DNA from: an uncultured Thermoplasmata archaeon
GTDB lineage: Archaea > Thermoplasmatota > Thermoplasmata > UBA10834
Direction: 5' to 3'
Length of the DNA: 64,000 nt
Assembly (NCBI GenBank): GCA_963719945.1
Contig: CAVRDX010000001.1
Location: 672,001-736,000, forward strand
In this document: piece after piece, positions 59,753 to 64,000 of the stretch
How the letters are laid out: each line of letters starts with the position of its first letter
Position numbering within the stretch: position 1 is the stretch's first letter
Made by a program: the position numbers and the translations under genes
Notes under the pieces: generated by a model
The model's input: the letters and a program-made list of their open reading frames with translations, nothing else
What the model was told of the DNA's origin: nothing
Database searches by the model: none

Positions 59753-61636
59753 ATGACAGATTCAGACATACATTTCCAACCGCTCGGGAGGAAGACTCGC
59801 CCAAGACCAGGGACGACCCTACTCGACCTTGCGAACGACGCAGGGGTGTCGATAGAATCCATCTGCGGTTCCACAGGCAAGTGCGGCAAGTGCAAGGTCA
59901 TCGTCAGGTCTGGTTCGTCGCACATCAATAGTGTCAACAACAGCGAGAAGCATGCAATCAGAGAAATCGATATCGCTGAAGGCATGCGCCTGGCGTGTCA
60001 GGCGAAGATCATCACCGCAGGAAATATCGTCATAGAGGTGCCAGAGGAGAGCAGGAGAGGCACTCAACGACTTCAGGCGGCAGGTAAGGAACGATCCATT
60101 AGACTAAAACCTGCGTTCAGGAAGGTACTTCTCGAAATACCGCCAGCGACCCTCAAGGATATCAGGGCGGATGATGACCGCCTCCTTCAAGAGCTGTCGA
60201 AGAAGGCAAGGATAGCAGCCAACATCTCATCCGGAGTCCACAGGTCCATACCCCAGGCAATCAGGGACGACTCGCGGAGAGTCACCGTCACGATATTCAG
60301 AGAGAGGGAGATAGTACGACTGGAACCTGGAGATACGACGGACGAACTCTATGGAATAGCAATTGATATCGGCACCACGAAGGTGGTCGCATACCTTGTG
60401 AACCTCCTGGATGGGACGGTCATGGCCACGGAGATGATGCCGAACCCTCAGATTGCATTCGGCGAGGATGTGATGTCGAGGATCACATTCGCCACGAGGG
60501 AGAAGGATGGAAGCGCGAAGCTGCAGAAGAGCATGCTCGACGGAGTGAACAAACTAGTAAAGCGGTTGAGCGACAGCACAGGCGTTGACCGCGATGCCAT
60601 CCTGGAAGTCTTCGTGGTCGGAAATACCGCCATGCACCACATGTTCTTCGGGATACCCTCAGATCACCTCGCAACCGCACCATATGCACCCGCTGTCAGG
60701 ACCGCGATGTCCGTCAACTCAGCGCAACAGGGGATCGACATCTATCCATTCGGGAAGGTTTCCTCACTCCCTAACATCGCAGGATTTGTTGGCGCTGACG
60801 CAGTAGCGGGTCTGATATCGAGCGGCCTCTACAGAGACAAACACGTAGGCATGATGATCGACATAGGCACCAACACCGAGATAATCGCGGGGAACCGGGA
60901 TAGGCTGATAAGCTGCTCGTGCGCGTCTGGACCAGCGTTCGAAGGGGCTCACATCAAGTTCGGCATGAGGGCGTCGACGGGCGCAATCGAAAGGGTCTGG
61001 ATAGACCCATCCGATTGGAATGTGAAGATCAGCACAGTAGAAGACACACCTCCCAAAGGCATCTGCGGCTCAGGGATAGTCGATGCAATATCAGAGATGT
61101 TCAAGGCAGGTATAATCGACTCATCGGGCAGGATAAACGGCTCCGGGAAGAGCCCTCGAATCCGGAAGAACGGGGAAGGTGCTTCAGAATTCGTCCTAGC
61201 ATTCGCGGATGATGCCGACGCAGATCACGACATCGCCGTCACCCAACATGACGTACAAGAGATACAGCTCGCAAAAGCTGCCATTTTCACGGGAATCTCG
61301 ACTATGATGCGCAAGCTGGGCATCGAATGTGTCGATATCAGGCGGGTGTACGCCGCCGGGGCGTTCGGCACATACATCGACGCATCCAGCGCCATAACCA
61401 TAGGCATGTATCCTGATGTGCCAGTGGACAGAATCAGGTTCATAGGCAACTCAGCAGGAGCCGGCGCCAGGATGGCATTGAAATCCACATCGATCAGAGA
61501 CCTCGCGGACCGTTTGTCCAAGAAGGTCGAGTATGTCGAGCTGGCAGCGGAGAAGGACTTCCAGAAGGAGTTCGCCAAGGCGATGTTCATCCCACACAGG
61601 GATTTGAGCGTATTCCCGAGCGTCAGAAAGCCCTAG
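59753..61636 (+). CDS. ASKHA-domain reductive activator of corrinoid proteins (RACo/DUF4445 type) with N-terminal 2Fe-2S domain
   Basis: CGSTGKCGKC...RLACQ, DIGTT, GEDVMSRI, DIGTN, GPAFEG, GICGSG, AGAFG. Confidence 0.9.
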   Translation: MTDSDIHFQPLGRKTRPRPGTTLLDLANDAGVSIESICGSTGKCGKCKVIVRSGSSHINSVNNSEKHAIREIDIAEGMRLACQAKIITAGNIVIEVPEESRRGTQRLQAAGKERSIRLKPAFRKVLLEIPPATLKDIRADDDRLLQELSKKARIAANISSGVHRSIPQAIRDDSRRVTVTIFREREIVRLEPGDTTDELYGIAIDIGTTKVVAYLVNLLDGTVMATEMMPNPQIAFGEDVMSRITFATREKDGSAKLQKSMLDGVNKLVKRLSDSTGVDRDAILEVFVVGNTAMHHMFFGIPSDHLATAPYAPAVRTAMSVNSAQQGIDIYPFGKVSSLPNIAGFVGADAVAGLISSGLYRDKHVGMMIDIGTNTEIIAGNRDRLISCSCASGPAFEGAHIKFGMRASTGAIERVWIDPSDWNVKISTVEDTPPKGICGSGIVDAISEMFKAGIIDSSGRINGSGKSPRIRKNGEGASEFVLAFADDADADHDIAVTQHDVQEIQLAKAAIFTGISTMMRKLGIECVDIRRVYAAGAFGTYIDASSAITIGMYPDVPVDRIRFIGNSAGAGARMALKSTSIRDLADRLSKKVEYVELAAEKDFQKEFAKAMFIPHRDLSVFPSVRKP

Positions 61637-61875
61637 CCACACCGAATCGATCTGTCTGGAGAATCAGTCGAAGAATAATGCGTCGAGCCCTTCGAAGGAT
61701 TGATGGCCTCTGAAGATAAATCGATAGGGGGACCCCCCTTTCGAAATATGTGCACGATTAACAGGATACTTGAGAATGTGTACTAATCGGCCCCGCATAT
61801 CTTAAATAAGCTCGCATCGATGACGGGGTGACAGGCGATGTTAATTCTAGCGCGCCCGTCGGTGCATGTGAAATA

Positions 61876-63081
61876 ATGAAGGCTATGGTTTTAGGGGTAG
61901 GAGCAGTGGGCTCTGTCACCGCCGAGATACTCGCCAATTCGAACGAGTACGATAAGGTGGTCCTCGCCGATATCGATTTCGAGAAGGCGAAGAAGGCGGA
62001 GAAGAAGATATCGAATGACAAGGTCACGACAAAGAAGGTCGATGCATCCGATGTAGACGGAATGGTTCTGGCTTTCGAAGGGATCGATCTGGTCATGAAC
62101 GGCGTGATCCCGCGGTTCAACTACAAGATAATGGACGCCTGCGTGCAAGCCAAGGCAAACTACGCAGACATGGCATGGGACGTCGCACTCGACGACACTC
62201 TTGCGGGCGAAGTCATCCAAAAGCCGCCAGTGTGGCATTCACTGAAGAAAGACGCCGCATTCAAGGAGGCAGGACTCGCTGGAATGATCGGATTGGGTTG
62301 CGACCCTGGACTGTCGAACATCTTCGCGAGGATGGCAGCGGACAGGATGGACAAGGTCAAGGAGATACTCATAAGGGACGGAGACAACGGATATGTCGAA
62401 GGATACGAGTTCGCACCACTCTGGTCACCGGAGACCCTCATCGAAGAGGTGTTGATGCCTGCGACATATTATGCCGAGGGAGCGTACCGAAAGCTTCCGC
62501 CGTTCAGTGGCAAGGAGAAGTTCAACTTCCCAGACCCGGTGGGAGACCTCAACATCTACAATGTAGACCATGAGGAGCAGGAGACCCTTCCGACATTCAT
62601 AGGAGAGGTCCTGGGCAAGGGCTGCGACTACTGTGATTTCAAGATAGCTCTCGGAGACGAGTATGTCGACGCGATCAAGATGCTCGGCAAGCTCGGACTT
62701 GACTCACCCGAGAAGATAAATGTCAAGGGAGCGAAGGTCGCGCCAAGGGATGTCGTCGCAGCTGTCCTGCCGGACCCGTCGACCATCGGAGACAAGGCCA
62801 AGGGAGAGTGCGCCATCGGAAGCGTAGTCAAGGGAGAGAAGGATGGCAAGGACGTGGGATACTTCATATGGACCCAGCTGAACCATGAGGACACCTACAA
62901 GAAATACGGGCACAGCGCGACGGCCTACTCGGTAGGAGTCCCTCTCGCGATCGCAGGGATACTCTTCGCTCAGGGCAAGATAACCCAGAAAGGAGTGTTC
63001 CCGCCGGAGATGATGGACCCGAAGCCTTTCGTCGATATGCTCCCGAAGTTCGGCATGAACTGCCTCGAGAAGAAACTCTGA
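61876..63081 (+). CDS. Saccharopine dehydrogenase-like oxidoreductase (carboxy(nor)spermidine dehydrogenase-like)
   Basis: GVGAVG, GCDPGLSN, WSPETLIEE, HEEQETLP. Confidence 0.85.
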   Translation: MKAMVLGVGAVGSVTAEILANSNEYDKVVLADIDFEKAKKAEKKISNDKVTTKKVDASDVDGMVLAFEGIDLVMNGVIPRFNYKIMDACVQAKANYADMAWDVALDDTLAGEVIQKPPVWHSLKKDAAFKEAGLAGMIGLGCDPGLSNIFARMAADRMDKVKEILIRDGDNGYVEGYEFAPLWSPETLIEEVLMPATYYAEGAYRKLPPFSGKEKFNFPDPVGDLNIYNVDHEEQETLPTFIGEVLGKGCDYCDFKIALGDEYVDAIKMLGKLGLDSPEKINVKGAKVAPRDVVAAVLPDPSTIGDKAKGECAIGSVVKGEKDGKDVGYFIWTQLNHEDTYKKYGHSATAYSVGVPLAIAGILFAQGKITQKGVFPPEMMDPKPFVDMLPKFGMNCLEKKL

Positions 63082-63095
63082 TTCAAGAAACCAAC

Positions 63096-63133
63096 GCAGA
63101 AGGTCAGCGACCTTCTGCATCAATGATTTTTTT
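63096..63133 (+). terminator. Hairpin plus T-tract terminator
   Basis: GCAGAAGGTC-AGC-GACCTTCTGC followed by TTTTTTT. Confidence 0.65.
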
Positions 63134-63205
63134 CATCCATCGAAGTTCCAGATGGTCTCGATTTTCAGAATCCACAATATAGTTGATAAGCATTAGACAT
63201 CCGCG

Positions 63206-64000
63206 ATGAATGAGGGCGACAAGAGGATCCGAAGGTTCTACATCTTCAGAGCAGTCACATCATTCTCGCTCTGGATACCATTCTGGAGCCTATGGGCCTA
63301 CAAGAACCTCGACAGCCTATTCCTACTGACGGTCGTCGATGCCGTGTTCTGGAGCACGATAATCCTGTTCCAGTTGCCGGCTGGACTTCTGGGTGACAAA
63401 TTCGGGAGAAAGGCGGTCCTATTCACAGGAGAGATACTATTCTCGGTTGGAGTCCTGGCATTCGGGCTAAGCAACTCATTCGAAGAATACCTCATATCCA
63501 ATGTGGTATGGGCTCTGGGAGTGTGCTTCCTCATCAGCGGGGATACGCCGTTCCTCTATGATACCCTCCTCGAACTGGACAGAGGTGCAGACTTCATACA
63601 TGTCATGGGGACCGCGAACGCTGTTATGTTCATGACGAGCGCAGCTGCATGCGCGGTCGGAGGATTCATCGTCTCCGTGACGAACAGGATAGAACTGACG
63701 CTCATCATCGCATCATTAGTCGCGATAACGGGCACGTTCACCGTGGTCTTCCTGAGAGAGCCAAAGGTAGACCGGAGGTTCCAACAATCATATCGGGCTC
63801 AGCTCGGCACGGGATTCAAACAGGTCCTCAAATCCAGGCCGATCATAGTCCTCATCCTTTTCCAGATAGTGCTCGAGCTGGGCATCTACGTGATGATGAT
63901 CTTCAGATCGGTCTACATGAACGTGCAGCTGCGTCTCAACTTCCTGGAGATCGGATTGTTCTTTGCAAGCTTCGCATTAGTCGGAGGGCTGTTCACGATA
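63206..64000 (+). CDS. MFS transporter (3'-truncated by the window edge)
   Basis: Open frame from ATG 63206 (MNEGDKRIRRFY...); MFS motif A GLLGDKFGRK; multiple TM helices. Confidence 0.88.
   Translation, partial: MNEGDKRIRRFYIFRAVTSFSLWIPFWSLWAYKNLDSLFLLTVVDAVFWSTIILFQLPAGLLGDKFGRKAVLFTGEILFSVGVLAFGLSNSFEEYLISNVVWALGVCFLISGDTPFLYDTLLELDRGADFIHVMGTANAVMFMTSAAACAVGGFIVSVTNRIELTLIIASLVAITGTFTVVFLREPKVDRRFQQSYRAQLGTGFKQVLKSRPIIVLILFQIVLELGIYVMMIFRSVYMNVQLRLNFLEIGLFFASFALVGGLFTI

Noticed and set aside
61814-61865. Hairpin GACGGG/CCCGTC upstream of the saccharopine-dehydrogenase-like gene
   Set aside because: The TATA at about 61801-61808 would put the TSS after most of the 5' arm; no known motif
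1-64000. CRISPR arrays, IS elements, rRNA, selenocysteine/pyrrolysine recoded genes
   Set aside because: By eye I found no regularly spaced direct repeats, transposase motifs, rRNA-like segments or in-frame stops in intact genes; a computational scan would be more sensitive

Overview
Archaeal chromosomal window, most likely Thermoplasmatota (inferred from gene content and order: aIF2-gamma, aIF5B, S6e, L24e, S28e, L7Ae, GINS, archaeal HMG-CoA synthase/thiolase/DUF35, pantoate kinase, CTP-dependent riboflavin kinase, intron-containing tRNAs, a PEF-CTERM protein). It is mostly housekeeping and peptide/amino-acid catabolism: secreted C1 peptidase, TldD/PmbA, HutH, Tdh/Kbl, GcvPA/PB, class-III aminotransferase with a tungsten-type AOR, PurSLQ, CoaBC, ProS, Prs. 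There are three tRNAs (Pro-CGG; Gly-TCC and Lys-CTT with introns). I saw no CRISPR array, integrase or transposase. Most notable: (1) the only two clear frameshifts in otherwise intact genes (giant helical-repeat/RING-like gene and tdh) are both +1 and both map to the same decamer AGAACTGTCG in the same codon phase; (2) an unannotated decayed MttB-family methyltransferase relic beside tRNA-Lys, plus an intact RACo-type corrinoid activator; (3) a cluster of orphan zinc-ribbon and tail-anchored microproteins at 40.7-42.5 kb; (4) a K-turn-like element over the rpl7ae RBS; (5) candidate structured leaders in the AOR/aminotransferase locus. All family calls come from motif recognition by eye; no database searches were run.
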